In this document: one piece after another, positions 1-10,344 of the stretch
How positions within the stretch are numbered: the stretch's first letter is position 1
How the letters are laid out: every line of letters starts with the position of its first letter
Origin: Alphaproteobacteria bacterium
Lineage (GTDB): Bacteria; Pseudomonadota; Alphaproteobacteria; Bin95
Assembly (NCBI GenBank): GCA_964291285.2
Contig: OZ219787.1
Span: 1,280,001 to 1,344,000 of the forward strand
Length of the DNA: 64,000 bases
Direction: 5' to 3'
The notes under the pieces: generated by a model
What the model saw: only the letters and a program-made list of their open reading frames with translations
What the model was told of the DNA's origin: nothing
The model's database searches: none
Program-made: the position numbers and the translations under genes

Positions 1-650
1 GCCAGCATCTCCGCGTCGGTCATGGCGAGTATCGTCTCATAGCGGCCGGGCGGATAGTTGGTCATGTGCGGGCCGGGCGCATCGGGGCCGGGCTGCGGCA
101 CCGCGCCGCCGCTGTCGGCGAAGTCCGAGGACCGCTTGTAGCGCGCAAGCTCGTCCGCGCCGATGCCGGCGAGCGCGACCACTTCCGGGTCGATCCACGC
201 CTCGGCGTCTATCGGCGCCTCGGAATAGGACAGCTCCAGCGCGAGGTTCTCCGGCCCGGCGAAATAGATCGACTTGCAGAAGCCGTGGTCCCGCGGCCCG
301 ATCACCGGCACGCCCTTGGCGCGCAGGCGGTCCTTCATCGCCATCAGCTCCTCCTCGCCGCGCACGCGGAAGGCGACATGCTGCATGGTCCCGGCGGCGC
401 TGTTGGCGCCCGGATTGCCGGCATGGGTGCGCCCGACCTCGGCCGGGATGTCGCCGATGGCGTCGTTCTGCACCAGCGCGACGGCGCTTTCGTCATTCAG
501 GCGCAGGAAGCCGTGGAAGGTGTTCTCGACCCCGTGCATCCAGTAGAGCGCCACCAGCTCCATGCCGAGCTTGTCGGTGAAGAACTCGATCTGGGTCTTG
601 ATGTCGGCGGTGGTGATGGCGAGGTGGTGCAGGCCTTCGAGCTTGTTCAT
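1..650 (-). CDS. VOC/glyoxalase family protein (3' end runs off the window)
   Basis: Manual translation from ATG 650: MNKLEGLHHLAITTADIKTQIEFFTDKLGMELV...MQHVAFRV...DHGFCKSIYFAGPENLALEL, typical VOC motifs; absent from the ORF track because truncated. Confidence 0.85.
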   Translation of the reverse strand, partial: MNKLEGLHHLAITTADIKTQIEFFTDKLGMELVALYWMHGVENTFHGFLRLNDESAVALVQNDAIGDIPAEVGRTHAGNPGANSAAGTMQHVAFRVRGEEELMAMKDRLRAKGVPVIGPRDHGFCKSIYFAGPENLALELSYSEAPIDAEAWIDPEVVALAGIGADELARYKRSSDFADSGGAVPQPGPDAPGPHMTNYPPGRYETILAMTDAEML

Positions 651-755
651 GGCGTCTCTCCCGATATGTCCGGCGGCTGCGCGCGGAGGGGATGGCTCAG
701 GGACAGCATCGGCCGTCGCGGCGCGATTTCCAACCCGGAATCCTGCGCCGGTCCC

Positions 756-963
756 CTGGAACACGATCCGTCCGGGTTGAACCGGCCTCGTTGGCAAAGC
801 CTCAATCGTCACCCCGGACGGCGCGCCAGCGGCGATCCGGGGTCCATCTCCCGGCCTTTCCGCCAGGCCGAAACGGTTGTGGATGGGCCCCGGATCGGGG
901 TCCGGGGCGACGATTTCGGGTTGGGAGCGAAATACGGTTCGATCGGAACGGGTCCTGCGCTAG
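756..963. repeat. Nested palindromic intergenic repeat (REP/MITE-like)
   Basis: Inner palindrome 804-915 AATCGTCACCCCGGAC..GATCCGGGGTCCATC..GATGGGCCCCGGATC..GTCCGGGGCGACGATT; outer imperfect IRs CTGGAACACGATCCGTCCGGGTTGAACCG / CGGTTCGATCGGAACGGGTCCTGCGCTAG. Confidence 0.75.
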
Positions 964-2177
964 CAGAGGTCCGGCGCCCCGGCAGCCGCCGCTGTTGCCG
1001 CCGCTTCGAGGTCGAAGGCGTCGTAGCGGTAGAGCCAGTCGAGCGTGCGGTTGCGCGACGCGCCGAGCGTCCGGTTGCGTTCGGCCGCCGCCTCGCCGCG
1101 CATGTGGAAGAGTTCCGCATTGCGGCGCGAGCCGGTCTGGATGCGGGCCGACCGGGCCCGGCGCAGGTCCTCGTAGCGTTTCAGGCCGGCCGCGACATCC
1201 CCGCCCGCCGTCAGGCATTCGGCCAGCACGGCGCCGTCCTCTATGGCCATGGCCGCGCCCTGGGCCATGAAGGGCAGCGTTGCGTGGCAGGCGTCGCCCA
1301 GCAGCGTCACCCGGCCCTTGCCCCATCGCGGCATGGGCGGCCGGTCGAACAGCGCCCATTTGTAGCAGGCGTCCGGGTCCATGGCGCCGATCAGCCGCCG
1401 CACGCCGTCATGCCAGCCGGCGAAGTCGGCCTTGAGCTCCTCGATATCGCCGCGCTCGGTCCAGGATTCGCGCTCCCAGCCCTCTTTCTCGACCACGCAG
1501 ACGCAGTTCACCAGCCGGCCGCTGCGGACATAGTAGTGGACGACATGCCCGCCGGGCCCGAGCCAGTTGGAGGACACCGGGCGCACGAAGCCCTCCGGCA
1601 GCCGCGCCGCCGGCACGAGGCCGCGCCAGGCGACCGTGCCGGTGAAGGCGGGCGCCTCCGGGCCGAACAGGAAGGCGCGCACCGCCGAATGGATGCCGTC
1701 CGCGCCGATCAGCGCCCGGCCCCGGTGGCGCCTGCCGCCCGCAGAAAGCGAGACCCCGCCCGCGGACTGTTCGATGCCGCCCGCTTCGGCGGCGGTGTGC
1801 AGCGCGATTCGCGGCTCCGCCCGGGCGGCGTCTGCCAGCGCGCCGATCAGGTCCGCGCGGTGGATATGGTAGTAGGGATAGCCGTAGCGGCGGCGGACCC
1901 CCTCGCCCAGTTCGACCTCGTGGATGGTCTCGCCGCTCGCCCAGTCGCGCATCTGGCCCGAGACGGGCAGGAAGGCGGCCGCCTCCAGCGCCTCCGCCAG
2001 GCCGAGCCGGTGCAGCACCCGGTTGCAATTGGGGCTGAGCTGGATGCCCGCGCCGATTTCGCCGAAGGCGGGCGCCGCCTCGAACACGCGCACACGCAAG
2101 CCCTTCGCGGCGAGGCAGAGCGCCGCCGTCAGCCCGCCGATGCCGCCGCCGGCGATCAGGATGTCGCCGCCGGTTAT
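960..2177 (-). CDS. FAD-dependent monooxygenase (salicylate hydroxylase / hydroxybenzoate monooxygenase family)
   Basis: [14 protein letters not shown] dinucleotide motif, [31 protein letters not shown]; start probably ATA at 2177 overlapping the glpK stop. Confidence 0.85.
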   Translation of the reverse strand: MTGGDILIAGGGIGGLTAALCLAAKGLRVRVFEAAPAFGEIGAGIQLSPNCNRVLHRLGLAEALEAAAFLPVSGQMRDWASGETIHEVELGEGVRRRYGYPYYHIHRADLIGALADAARAEPRIALHTAAEAGGIEQSAGGVSLSAGGRRHRGRALIGADGIHSAVRAFLFGPEAPAFTGTVAWRGLVPAARLPEGFVRPVSSNWLGPGGHVVHYYVRSGRLVNCVCVVEKEGWERESWTERGDIEELKADFAGWHDGVRRLIGAMDPDACYKWALFDRPPMPRWGKGRVTLLGDACHATLPFMAQGAAMAIEDGAVLAECLTAGGDVAAGLKRYEDLRRARSARIQTGSRRNAELFHMRGEAAAERNRTLGASRNRTLDWLYRYDAFDLEAAATAAAAGAPDLC

Positions 2178-3646
2178 GGGCCCGGCTCCCCGTCCGCGTT
2201 GCCGGCGGGCCGCGAGAGCGTGCGCGCCACGGCGTCGGCCCAGCGGGCGCGGCCGGGCGCGGGGTCGCCTCCGGGCTCGAACCGCCGCCCGGCGGGGCGC
2301 CCGGCATCGCGCGGGTCCGAGAACACGCCGGCGCCCAGGCCCGCCAGCACGGCCGCGCCCCAGGCCGTCGTCTCGGTGACGGCGGGGCGCTCCACGGTGA
2401 GGCCGGCGATGTCGGCGAGCCTCTGGGCGAACCAGTCATTGGCGCTCATCGCCCCGTCTATGCGGAGCAGCGCGGGTTCGAGGCCGTCGGCGGCGGCGGC
2501 GTCCAGCAGGTCGGCGGTCTGGTGCGCGGCGGCTTCGAGCGCGGCGCGCGCAAGCTCGGCCGGCCCCGTGTCGCGCGTCAGGCCGAAGAGCGCGCCGCGC
2601 GCCTCCGCATCCCACCAGGGCGCGCCCAGCCCGACGAAGGCCGGCACCATGACGACGCCGCTCCCGCCTGCGCGCTCCGCCAGCGCCTCCGTTTCCGCCG
2701 TGTCGGCGAGGATGCCGAGGCCGTCGCGCAGCCACTGCACCGCCGCGCCCGCGACGAACACCGCACCTTCGAGCGCGTATGTCGTCCGGCCGCCGAGGTC
2801 GAGCGCGACGGTGGTGAGCAGGCGGTGGCGGGAGGCCGCGGGCGCCTCGCCGGTATGCGCCAGCAGGAAGCAGCCGGTGCCGTAGGTGCTCTTGATGTCG
2901 CCCGCTTCCAGGCAGCCCTGGCCGAGGGTCGCCGCCTGCTGGTCGCCGGCCATGCCCGCAATCGGCACCGGCGCGCCCAGGATGTCCGTCACGCCGAAGC
3001 CGTCCGCATTGCCGCGCACCTCGGGCAGCACGGCTTCCGGGACCCGGAAGAGTTCGAGCAGGTCCGGGCTCCAGGCGCGTTTGCGGATGTCGAAAAGGCC
3101 GGTGCGCGAGGCGTTGGTCGCGTCGGTCGCATGGACGCGCCCGCCGGTCAGCCGCCAGGCGAGGAAGCTGTCCACCGTGCCGAAGGCGAGGTCGCGGCGC
3201 CCGCGCGCCCCGGGCAGCTCGTCCAGCAGCCAGGCGAGCTTGGTCGCGGAGAAATAGGGGTCGATCAGGAGGCCGCTCTGCTCCGTGACGAACGGCTCCA
3301 GCCCCTCGGCGCGGAGCCGGGCGCATTCCGGGGCCGTGCGGCGGTCCTGCCAGACGATGGCGTTGTGCAGGCAAGCGCCGCTCGCCCGGTCCCACAGCAG
3401 CGCCGTCTCGCGCTGGTTGGCGATGCCGATGGCGGCAGGCAGGTCGTCTCCGGCCGCCTCGCACAGCACGGCCACGCTCGCCTGCCAGATTTCCTCCGGG
3501 TCGTGCTCCACCAGGCCGTCCGCCGGGTAGATCTGGCGGAGTTCGCGCCGGGCCGTGCGGAGCGGCGCGCCGGCGGCGTCGAACAGGATCGCGCGGGTCG
3601 AGGTCGTGCCCTGGTCGAGCGCGAGCAGATGCGGGGCGGAGGCCAT
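2174..3646 (-). CDS. glpK: Glycerol kinase
   Basis: [56 protein letters not shown]. Confidence 0.92.
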   Translation of the reverse strand: MASAPHLLALDQGTTSTRAILFDAAGAPLRTARRELRQIYPADGLVEHDPEEIWQASVAVLCEAAGDDLPAAIGIANQRETALLWDRASGACLHNAIVWQDRRTAPECARLRAEGLEPFVTEQSGLLIDPYFSATKLAWLLDELPGARGRRDLAFGTVDSFLAWRLTGGRVHATDATNASRTGLFDIRKRAWSPDLLELFRVPEAVLPEVRGNADGFGVTDILGAPVPIAGMAGDQQAATLGQGCLEAGDIKSTYGTGCFLLAHTGEAPAASRHRLLTTVALDLGGRTTYALEGAVFVAGAAVQWLRDGLGILADTAETEALAERAGGSGVVMVPAFVGLGAPWWDAEARGALFGLTRDTGPAELARAALEAAAHQTADLLDAAAADGLEPALLRIDGAMSANDWFAQRLADIAGLTVERPAVTETTAWGAAVLAGLGAGVFSDPRDAGRPAGRRFEPGGDPAPGRARWADAVARTLSRPAGNADGEPGP

Positions 3647-3703
3647 GGGGCTATGCTAGGGAACCTCGCCCGTTTCCCGCAACCGCCGGAAAGGCCGCCG
3701 CCC

Positions 3704-4483
3704 ATGCCGCGTTTCGCCGCCAATCTCTCGATGCTGTTCACCGAACACGGGTTCCTGGACCGCTTCGACGCCGCCGCCAGGGTCGGCTTCAGGGCGGTCG
3801 AGTTCCTGTTCCCCTACGACTTCGCGCCGGAGGAGGTGGCGAGGGCGAAGGCGGATGCGGGCGTCGAGACCGTGCTGTTCAACATGCCGCCCGGCGACTG
3901 GGAGGCGGGCGAGCGCGGACTGGCGGCCGTGCCGGGACGCGAGGCGGCGTTCGCCGACGCGCTGGAAACAGCGGCGGCATGGGCCGGCGTGCTGGACAGC
4001 CCGCGCGTGCATGTCATGGCCGGCATTCCGGACGAAGGGGCGGAAGCCGACGCCGAGGCCGTCTATGTGGCGAACCTGAAACGCGCCGCCGCGCGGCTCG
4101 GCGCGCGCCACGTGTCCATCGAGCCCATCAACCGGCGGGACATTCCGGGTTTCTTCCTCAACCGCCAGGACGAGGCGCACCGTATCCGCGCCGCGGTCGG
4201 GGCGGAGACCGTCAAGGTGCAGATGGACCTCTACCACTGCCAGATCGTCGAGGGCGATGTCGCCATGCGGCTCCGCGAATGGCTGCCGGGCGGCGGCGTC
4301 GGCCACATGCAGATCGCCGGCGTGCCGGAGCGCCACGAACCCTCGGTCGGCGAGATGCACTACCCCTACCTGTTCAGGCTGATCGACGAGCTCGGCTATG
4401 AAGGCTGGATCGGCTGCGAATACCGCCCGCGTGCCGGCACCGTCGAAGGGCTCGGCTGGGCCAAGGCCTACGGCATCGGCTGA
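3704..4483 (+). CDS. Hydroxypyruvate / 2-oxo-tetronate isomerase (Hyi/OtnI family)
   Basis: [62 protein letters not shown]. Confidence 0.9.
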   Translation: MPRFAANLSMLFTEHGFLDRFDAAARVGFRAVEFLFPYDFAPEEVARAKADAGVETVLFNMPPGDWEAGERGLAAVPGREAAFADALETAAAWAGVLDSPRVHVMAGIPDEGAEADAEAVYVANLKRAAARLGARHVSIEPINRRDIPGFFLNRQDEAHRIRAAVGAETVKVQMDLYHCQIVEGDVAMRLREWLPGGGVGHMQIAGVPERHEPSVGEMHYPYLFRLIDELGYEGWIGCEYRPRAGTVEGLGWAKAYGIG

Positions 4484-4516
4484 CCCGCCTCCGCCGCATC
4501 CGCAGCGGAGGCGGGT
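4483..4516. terminator. GC-rich hairpin between convergent genes
   Basis: ACCCGCCTCCGC-loop-GCGGAGGCGGGT directly after the isomerase stop. Confidence 0.55.
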
Positions 4517-4522
4517 TCCGGT

Positions 4523-5905
4523 TCAGTCGAGCAGCACCCTCGGCAGCCAGAGCGCGATGTCGGGCCAGGCCAGCACGAAGCCGAGGCCGATGAGCTGCAG
4601 GCACACGAACGGGATGATGCCCCGGTAGATCGAGGTCAGCTGCACCTCCGGCGGGGCCACGCCCTTCATGTAGAACAGCGCGAAGCCGAAAGGCGGCGTC
4701 AGGAAGGAGGTCTGGAGATTGACCGCCACCAGCAGCGCGAACCAGTAGATCTTCTCGGCGTGGATGACGTGCTCGCCGAAATCGAGCTCCTGCACGATCG
4801 GCGTGAAGACCGGCAGCACGATCAGCGTGATCTCCAGGAAGTCGAAGAAGAACCCCAGGAAAAACACGGTCGCCATCAGCACGATGAGCAGCCCCCAACT
4901 GCCGAGGCCGAGCGAGAAGATGAGCTCCTCCACCACGTCGTCGCCGCCGAGCGAGCGGAACACGTAGGAGAAGGCCGTCGCGCCGATGAAGACGAAGAAG
5001 ATCATCGCCACGGTGAGAGATGTGCGGTTCAGCACGTCGCCCAGCGCTTCGATGGTGAGGTTGCGGTTTATGAACGCGAGCAGGGTTGCGCCGAACGCAC
5101 CCACCGCCGCCGCCTCGGACGGCGTAGCCCAGCCCAGAATGATCGACCCCAGCACCAGGAAAATCAGGAAGACAGGCGGGATGAAACCCCGCAACACCAT
5201 GACCCCCAGTTCCGCCATGCTGCCGGGGCCGCGCTCGTCCGGCAGCGGCGGCCCGAGCTGTGGCCAGATCAGGGTGAGCAGCATGATATAGACGAAGTAG
5301 AGCCCCGAGAGCAGCAGCCCCGGGAACACCGCCGCGACGAACAGGTTGCCGACCGAAATCGAAAGCAGGTCCGCCATGATGACCAGCATGATGCTCGGCG
5401 GGATCAGGATGCCGAGCGTGCTGGCGGCGGCGATCGTGCCGGTGGCGAGTTCCGGGTTGTATCTGCGCTCCAGCATGATCGGGAGCGCCATGAGGGTAAT
5501 CATCACCACCGAGGCGCCGATGATGCCGGTGCTGGCCGCCATGATGGTGCCCATGACGGTGACGCCGAGCGCAAGCCCGCCGGGGACGCGGCGCAGCAAT
5601 ACCTGGAGGCAGTGCAGCAGGTCGTGTGCGACGCCGGAGCGCTCCAGCATGGTGCCCATGTAAACGAAGAGCGGCACCGCGACGAGCACGAGGTTTTCCG
5701 CCGCCCCGCCCCAGACGCGCGGCAGGATGTTGAAGAACTCGATGGGCGCGAACACATCCAGAGCGGTGCCGATCAGGCCGAATGCCAGCGACGCGCCGCC
5801 GAGCGCAAATGCGACCGGAAAGCCCGTGAACAGCAGGCAGCCCAGCCCGATGAACATGTAGATCGCGATATATTCCTGAAGGTGCCAGTAGATTTCCTGA
5901 AACAT
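4523..5905 (-). CDS. dctM: TRAP transporter large permease
   Basis: Polytopic; TGFPVAFAL, LVAVPLF..MG..LERSG, TLGILIPPS, NLQTSFLTPPFG. Confidence 0.92.
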   Translation of the reverse strand: MFQEIYWHLQEYIAIYMFIGLGCLLFTGFPVAFALGGASLAFGLIGTALDVFAPIEFFNILPRVWGGAAENLVLVAVPLFVYMGTMLERSGVAHDLLHCLQVLLRRVPGGLALGVTVMGTIMAASTGIIGASVVMITLMALPIMLERRYNPELATGTIAAASTLGILIPPSIMLVIMADLLSISVGNLFVAAVFPGLLLSGLYFVYIMLLTLIWPQLGPPLPDERGPGSMAELGVMVLRGFIPPVFLIFLVLGSIILGWATPSEAAAVGAFGATLLAFINRNLTIEALGDVLNRTSLTVAMIFFVFIGATAFSYVFRSLGGDDVVEELIFSLGLGSWGLLIVLMATVFFLGFFFDFLEITLIVLPVFTPIVQELDFGEHVIHAEKIYWFALLVAVNLQTSFLTPPFGFALFYMKGVAPPEVQLTSIYRGIIPFVCLQLIGLGFVLAWPDIALWLPRVLLD

Positions 5906-5908
5906 GGT

Positions 5909-6541
5909 TCAGCGGCCCTCCGCCTGCTCGCCGCCGGATGCGATCACGACCCGTTCGCCCATCGGTTCCTGCACGGTGAGCAGAGGCACGTTCAGACCGG
6001 GCGGCCCGAACAGATAGGCGGTCTTGCGCAGCCAGACGCTGATGCCGGCTAGCAGGGCGAAAACGAAGCCGAGGAACAGGATGCCCTTGATGATCCAGCG
6101 GTTGCTGAGACCAACCAGGGAATAGGAAATTTCGTTCTGGATGAACGACTTGTAGGCGAAGTCCCAGGAAAACCAGATCAGCACGCAGCAATAGGGAATC
6201 ATGGCGATGGTCACGCCGATCCACTCGACCCATGCCTGCTTGCGGATCGGCAGGCGCTCGCGGATCACATCCACCCGGACATGGCTGTTCGCCACATAGC
6301 CGTAACCGAGCGCAGAGGCGAACAGGGCCGTGTGGAAATGCCACTCCCATTCCTGCAGCACGGTGGACTGCAGATTGTCTCCAAGCTGTTCGATAACCCA
6401 GAGCTGGAAAGTGGTGAATTTGCGCGTCACCACGTCCCAGATGGTCACGATGATCAACGGAATAATGGCGACCGAGCCCAGCTTGCCGACCCAGGTTATG
6501 ATCCTGTTCAGCCGGTCGCTGATCTGCACGAGCTTTTCCAT
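5909..6541 (-). CDS. dctQ: TRAP transporter small permease
   Basis: Starts MEKLVQISDRL; QEWEWH, HVRVD motif, about 4 TM segments; between dctP and dctM. Confidence 0.88.
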   Translation of the reverse strand: MEKLVQISDRLNRIITWVGKLGSVAIIPLIIVTIWDVVTRKFTTFQLWVIEQLGDNLQSTVLQEWEWHFHTALFASALGYGYVANSHVRVDVIRERLPIRKQAWVEWIGVTIAMIPYCCVLIWFSWDFAYKSFIQNEISYSLVGLSNRWIIKGILFLGFVFALLAGISVWLRKTAYLFGPPGLNVPLLTVQEPMGERVVIASGGEQAEGR

Positions 6542-6705
6542 CGGATTCGCCCGCAACCTCCCTGAAATCCCCGAATGCCGAAACCGGCCACCGGGTAGCC
6601 TGCCCGAACGGTGTCTAGCAGGCAAGACAAGCCGCCAGGGCAGATTTGCTCCGCCCCGGCGGCAGGTGGCCCCCTTGGGAGCCGCTAAGTCAACCGTCCC
6701 GACGG

Positions 6706-7755
6706 TCAGTCGAGATAGCCGTGCTCCTTCCAGATTGCGTACTTGTCGCGGAAGGCCTGGTAGGAAGCATGGAACTTGGCGAAGACCGGGTCGGTCTGGG
6801 TCTTTTCGGCGATCACCTCGTCCCAGGCATTGGAAAGCTTGGCGAGGTCGTCGTCGCTCCAACGGACGCTCTCGACGCCTTTCTCCTTCAGCTTAAGCAT
6901 GGCTTCGAACTGGAAGGCTTCGGAGCGCACGAAGGACCATGTGATCGACGCATCGCACGCATGGCGGATGATCGCCTGATGCTGGCCGGACAGTCCCTCG
7001 AACGCCGACTTCTTCATTAGCAGTTCGCCGATCGAGGACTGCTGGTGCCAGCCCGGGAAGTAGTTGAACTTGGCGATCTGGTAGAAGCCGAGGTCGAGGT
7101 CGATCGACGGCATGGAGAACTCGGTCGCGTCGATGACGCCGCGCTCGAGCGCGGGATAGATGTCCGCGCCGGCGAGAAGCTGCGTCGAGACGCCGAGCTT
7201 GGTCATGACCTCTGCGCCGAGGCCGAAGAAACGCATCTTCTTGCCCTTAAGGTCGTCGATCGAGTTCAGCTTGGAGCGGAACCAGCCGGAGGTCTCCGGG
7301 GCGATCGCGGCGCAGTGCAGGCCGATCAGGTCATGCTTGGCATAAAGCTCATTGTAGAGCTCGTCGCCGCCGCCATAGCCCATCCAGGCCAGCAGTTCGC
7401 CGGCGCGCGGCCCGAACGGCACAGCAGTCATGAAGGCGAGCGCGGGATATTTGCCGGTGTGGTAGCCGGCGGTGCCCCACATGGCGTCGACGGAACCTGC
7501 CTCGACGGCGTCGAAGCCCTGGAGCGTCGGCACGAGCGCGCCCGGCTCATAGAATTTGATGGTCAGGTCGCCGGCCGACATGTCCTTGACGATATCTTCG
7601 TAACGCGCCGCAACCTCGCCGATGATCGAAAGCTTCGACCCGAAGGCGCTCTGCATTTTCCAGCGCACTTTCTGCGCTTCGGCGTCGCCCGCCGCGCCGA
7701 GCGCCGCCGCGCCGACAAGCCCGGCTGCGGCTACTGTGAGGAGTTTCTTGAACAA
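6706..7755 (-). CDS. dctP: TRAP substrate-binding protein
   Basis: TTG start after GGAGG; signal peptide; WKMQSAF, KFYEPGALVP, LKGKKMRFFGLG, IYPALERGVIDATEF, YFPGWHQ. Confidence 0.9.
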   Translation of the reverse strand: MFKKLLTVAAAGLVGAAALGAAGDAEAQKVRWKMQSAFGSKLSIIGEVAARYEDIVKDMSAGDLTIKFYEPGALVPTLQGFDAVEAGSVDAMWGTAGYHTGKYPALAFMTAVPFGPRAGELLAWMGYGGGDELYNELYAKHDLIGLHCAAIAPETSGWFRSKLNSIDDLKGKKMRFFGLGAEVMTKLGVSTQLLAGADIYPALERGVIDATEFSMPSIDLDLGFYQIAKFNYFPGWHQQSSIGELLMKKSAFEGLSGQHQAIIRHACDASITWSFVRSEAFQFEAMLKLKEKGVESVRWSDDDLAKLSNAWDEVIAEKTQTDPVFAKFHASYQAFRDKYAIWKEHGYLD

Positions 7756-8172
7756 GTGTATGCCTCCCTGGTGCCAGTTAAAGCGCCCCGCACGTCTGCG
7801 TGCGGCCGCCACGGCGCCTGAATAACAGAAAAAAATTCCGCGCGCGACTCTGTAGACGGTACGTTCCGTCGCAGTCGCATGACCGGCCTGCGCACTCAAC
7901 CGGCGTCAGGCAGTGTGACGACCCGCAATGGCCTCGCGAAACTCGGCCTGCAACACGCCTCGCAAACTCGCCTCCAACCGCGCGCGATCCTCCTTCGCCG
8001 CGCGCTGCCCCTGCCGGATCAGCACGACCAGACTCGCGCCGACCGCCAGAATCGCGATCACCTCAGGCGTCATTCACCCATGGCTCCATCGAACCCGCCG
8101 CTCATGGCTGACAATGCCGGTATATCGGCGGGAGGCGGCCGGGCAAGCGCGCATCCGCCTGCCGCCGCCGGC

Positions 8173-9951
8173 TCAGACGCGCTCCGCGACATAGGTGCCG
8201 GGGGCGTCGGCGAGGGCGGGCAGCGGGCCTTCTCCGGGGATGCGGGCCGGCACTTTACCGCCGGCCGAACGCCCTACCCACCCGGCCCAGTCCCCCCACC
8301 ACGAGCCCGGCTTCTCCGCTGCGCGCTCCAGCCAGGACTCGTTGTTCTTCAGCATCTGCCGATGGGTCCAGTGGCTGTATTTGCCGGCCTCCGGCGGGTT
8401 GACGATGCCGGCGATATGGCCGGACGCCGCGAGCACGAAGCGCACCGGCCCGCCATAGTGCCGGGCGCCGCGATAGACGCCGGGCCAGGGCGCGATATGG
8501 TCCTCGCGGGTGCCGACGACATAGGTGCGGGTCTTCACCGCCGAGAGGTCGAGCCGCTCGCCCGCGATCTCCAGCGCCCCCGGTTCCGCCAGCGCATTGT
8601 CCATATACATGCGGCGCAGGTAGAAGCTGTGCATCCGCTTCGGCATCCGCGTCGAATCGGCGTTCCAGAAGAGCAGGTCGAACGGCACCGGGTCGCGGCC
8701 GAGCAGGTAGTTGTTGATGACGAAGGACCAGATCAGGTCGTTGGCGCGCAGCATGTTGAAGGTTGTCGCCATGTCGGCGCCTTCCAGCACGCCGCCTGCC
8801 TTGTCCATGCGTGTTTCCAGCGCCGACACCTGCTCCTCGTCGATAAAGACGCCAAGCTCGCCCACCTCGCTGAAATCGACCAGCGAGGCGAAATAGGTGG
8901 CGCTCTCGATGGGCGCCTCGCCGCGCGCCGCCAGCCAGGCGAGCGTCACCGCCAGCAGCGTGCCGCCCAGGCAATAGCCGATGGCGTTGGCGCGCCGGGC
9001 CCCGGTAATCCGCTCGACGGCGTCGAGCGCGGCGAGCGGGCCCTCGGCCATGTAGTCGTCGAACGACTTGTCCGAGAGCCGGGAATCCGGGTTGACCCAT
9101 GAGATGACGAACACGGTATGGCCCTGCTCGACCGCCCAGCGCACGAAGGAATTCTCCGGCGTGAGGTCCAGGATGTAGAACTTGTTGATCCAGGGCGGGA
9201 CGATCAGCAGCGGCACCTCGTGGACGGCCTCCGTCGCGGGCGCGTACTGGATGAGTTCCATGAGGTCGTTGCGCAGAACCACCTTGCCCGGCGTGACGGC
9301 GACATTGCGGCCGACCTCGAAGGCGGACATGTCGGTCTGCGCGATGCGGAGCTGTCCCTTGCCCGCCTCCAGGTCGCGCAGCATGTTCTCGAAGCCGCGC
9401 AGCAGGTTTTCCCCGTTGCTGTCCAGCGTCTCGCGCAGCACCCTGGGGTTGGTGGCGGCGAAATTGGTCGGCGCCATCGCGTCGATGAACTGGCGCGTGT
9501 AGAAGGCCACCTTGTCGGCCTCGTGCCGGTCAGCGCCTTCGGCCTCCGGCAGGCTGCCGAGCAGGAAGCGCGACGAAAGCAGATAGGACTGCTTGATGAA
9601 GTCGAAGGCGAAATTCTCCCGCCAGGCAGCGTCCTTGAACCGGCGGTCTCCCGGCTCGGGCTCGGCGACCGGCGGCACAGCTTCGCCGCCCATCATCCGG
9701 CGCGCCGTGTCCTGCCAGAGCTTGGCATATTGCTGGGCGAGCTCCGCCTGCGCCGTCATCATGCGCGCCGGGTCGGCCATCATGCGCGCGGTCATTTCGA
9801 GAAAGGCCTTGCCGATGCCGAGCGGGTCCGGGTCGGTTCCGCCCGCTTCGGCGCCGTGCCGGGCGGCAAATTCCGCCGCCACGCGCTGGCTGCGTTCCGT
9901 GATTTCCCTGAAGCGTTCGGCGAGCGCATCCTGGTCGAGGGTGCCGGTCAT
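8173..9951 (-). CDS. phaC: Class I polyhydroxyalkanoate synthase
   Basis: DRRF, APTNF..TNP, TPGKVV, PPWINKFYILDL, lipase box GYCLGG, WNAD, DHIAPW, SGHIAG, GSWW. Confidence 0.96.
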   Translation of the reverse strand: MTGTLDQDALAERFREITERSQRVAAEFAARHGAEAGGTDPDPLGIGKAFLEMTARMMADPARMMTAQAELAQQYAKLWQDTARRMMGGEAVPPVAEPEPGDRRFKDAAWRENFAFDFIKQSYLLSSRFLLGSLPEAEGADRHEADKVAFYTRQFIDAMAPTNFAATNPRVLRETLDSNGENLLRGFENMLRDLEAGKGQLRIAQTDMSAFEVGRNVAVTPGKVVLRNDLMELIQYAPATEAVHEVPLLIVPPWINKFYILDLTPENSFVRWAVEQGHTVFVISWVNPDSRLSDKSFDDYMAEGPLAALDAVERITGARRANAIGYCLGGTLLAVTLAWLAARGEAPIESATYFASLVDFSEVGELGVFIDEEQVSALETRMDKAGGVLEGADMATTFNMLRANDLIWSFVINNYLLGRDPVPFDLLFWNADSTRMPKRMHSFYLRRMYMDNALAEPGALEIAGERLDLSAVKTRTYVVGTREDHIAPWPGVYRGARHYGGPVRFVLAASGHIAGIVNPPEAGKYSHWTHRQMLKNNESWLERAAEKPGSWWGDWAGWVGRSAGGKVPARIPGEGPLPALADAPGTYVAERV

Positions 9952-9997
9952 GGGTCCGCCTCCAGCAATGATTTGCCTTTACTATAGGCCGAGTGCT

Positions 9998-10291
9998 TTG
10001 CTGCGGCGCAGCATAAAATTGTCGCAGTGCGGAATGATCGTGCTGCTAGCCGGCTGCGCGATTCTGGAAGGCAAGCCGCTGCCGGAAAGCCGGGTGGCGG
10101 ACGAAGAACGCATCCGCCAGGAGCGTCCCTGGCCCAATCTCGCCGATGTTCCCTCCGAGCCGCGCCCGGGTTCGTCCCGCGCCGCCATCGCGGCGCTCAA
10201 GGCGCAGTTGGAGGCGGAGCGGGCGGCGCATGACGCCGGGCGCGCCTGTCAGGAGGGCCGGGCCGGAGATAACGGGAAGTGCATGGAATAG
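9998..10291 (+). CDS. Small putative lipoprotein
   Basis: Lipobox LLAGC followed by WPNLADVP; start uncertain (TTG 9998 or ATG 10034). Confidence 0.5.
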   Translation: MLRRSIKLSQCGMIVLLAGCAILEGKPLPESRVADEERIRQERPWPNLADVPSEPRPGSSRAAIAALKAQLEAERAAHDAGRACQEGRAGDNGKCME

Positions 10292-10344
10292 CGCGGCGCA
10301 CTTGCTATAAACGCGCCGCCTTCCCCTTCCGGAGACCGGAGGCC

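Noticed and set aside
66-2885. 939-aa plus-strand ORF and similar long ORFs (12885-15593, 44741-47641, 48143-50422, 60062-62242)
   Set aside because: Shadow frames antisense to well-supported genes in high-GC DNA; no motifs
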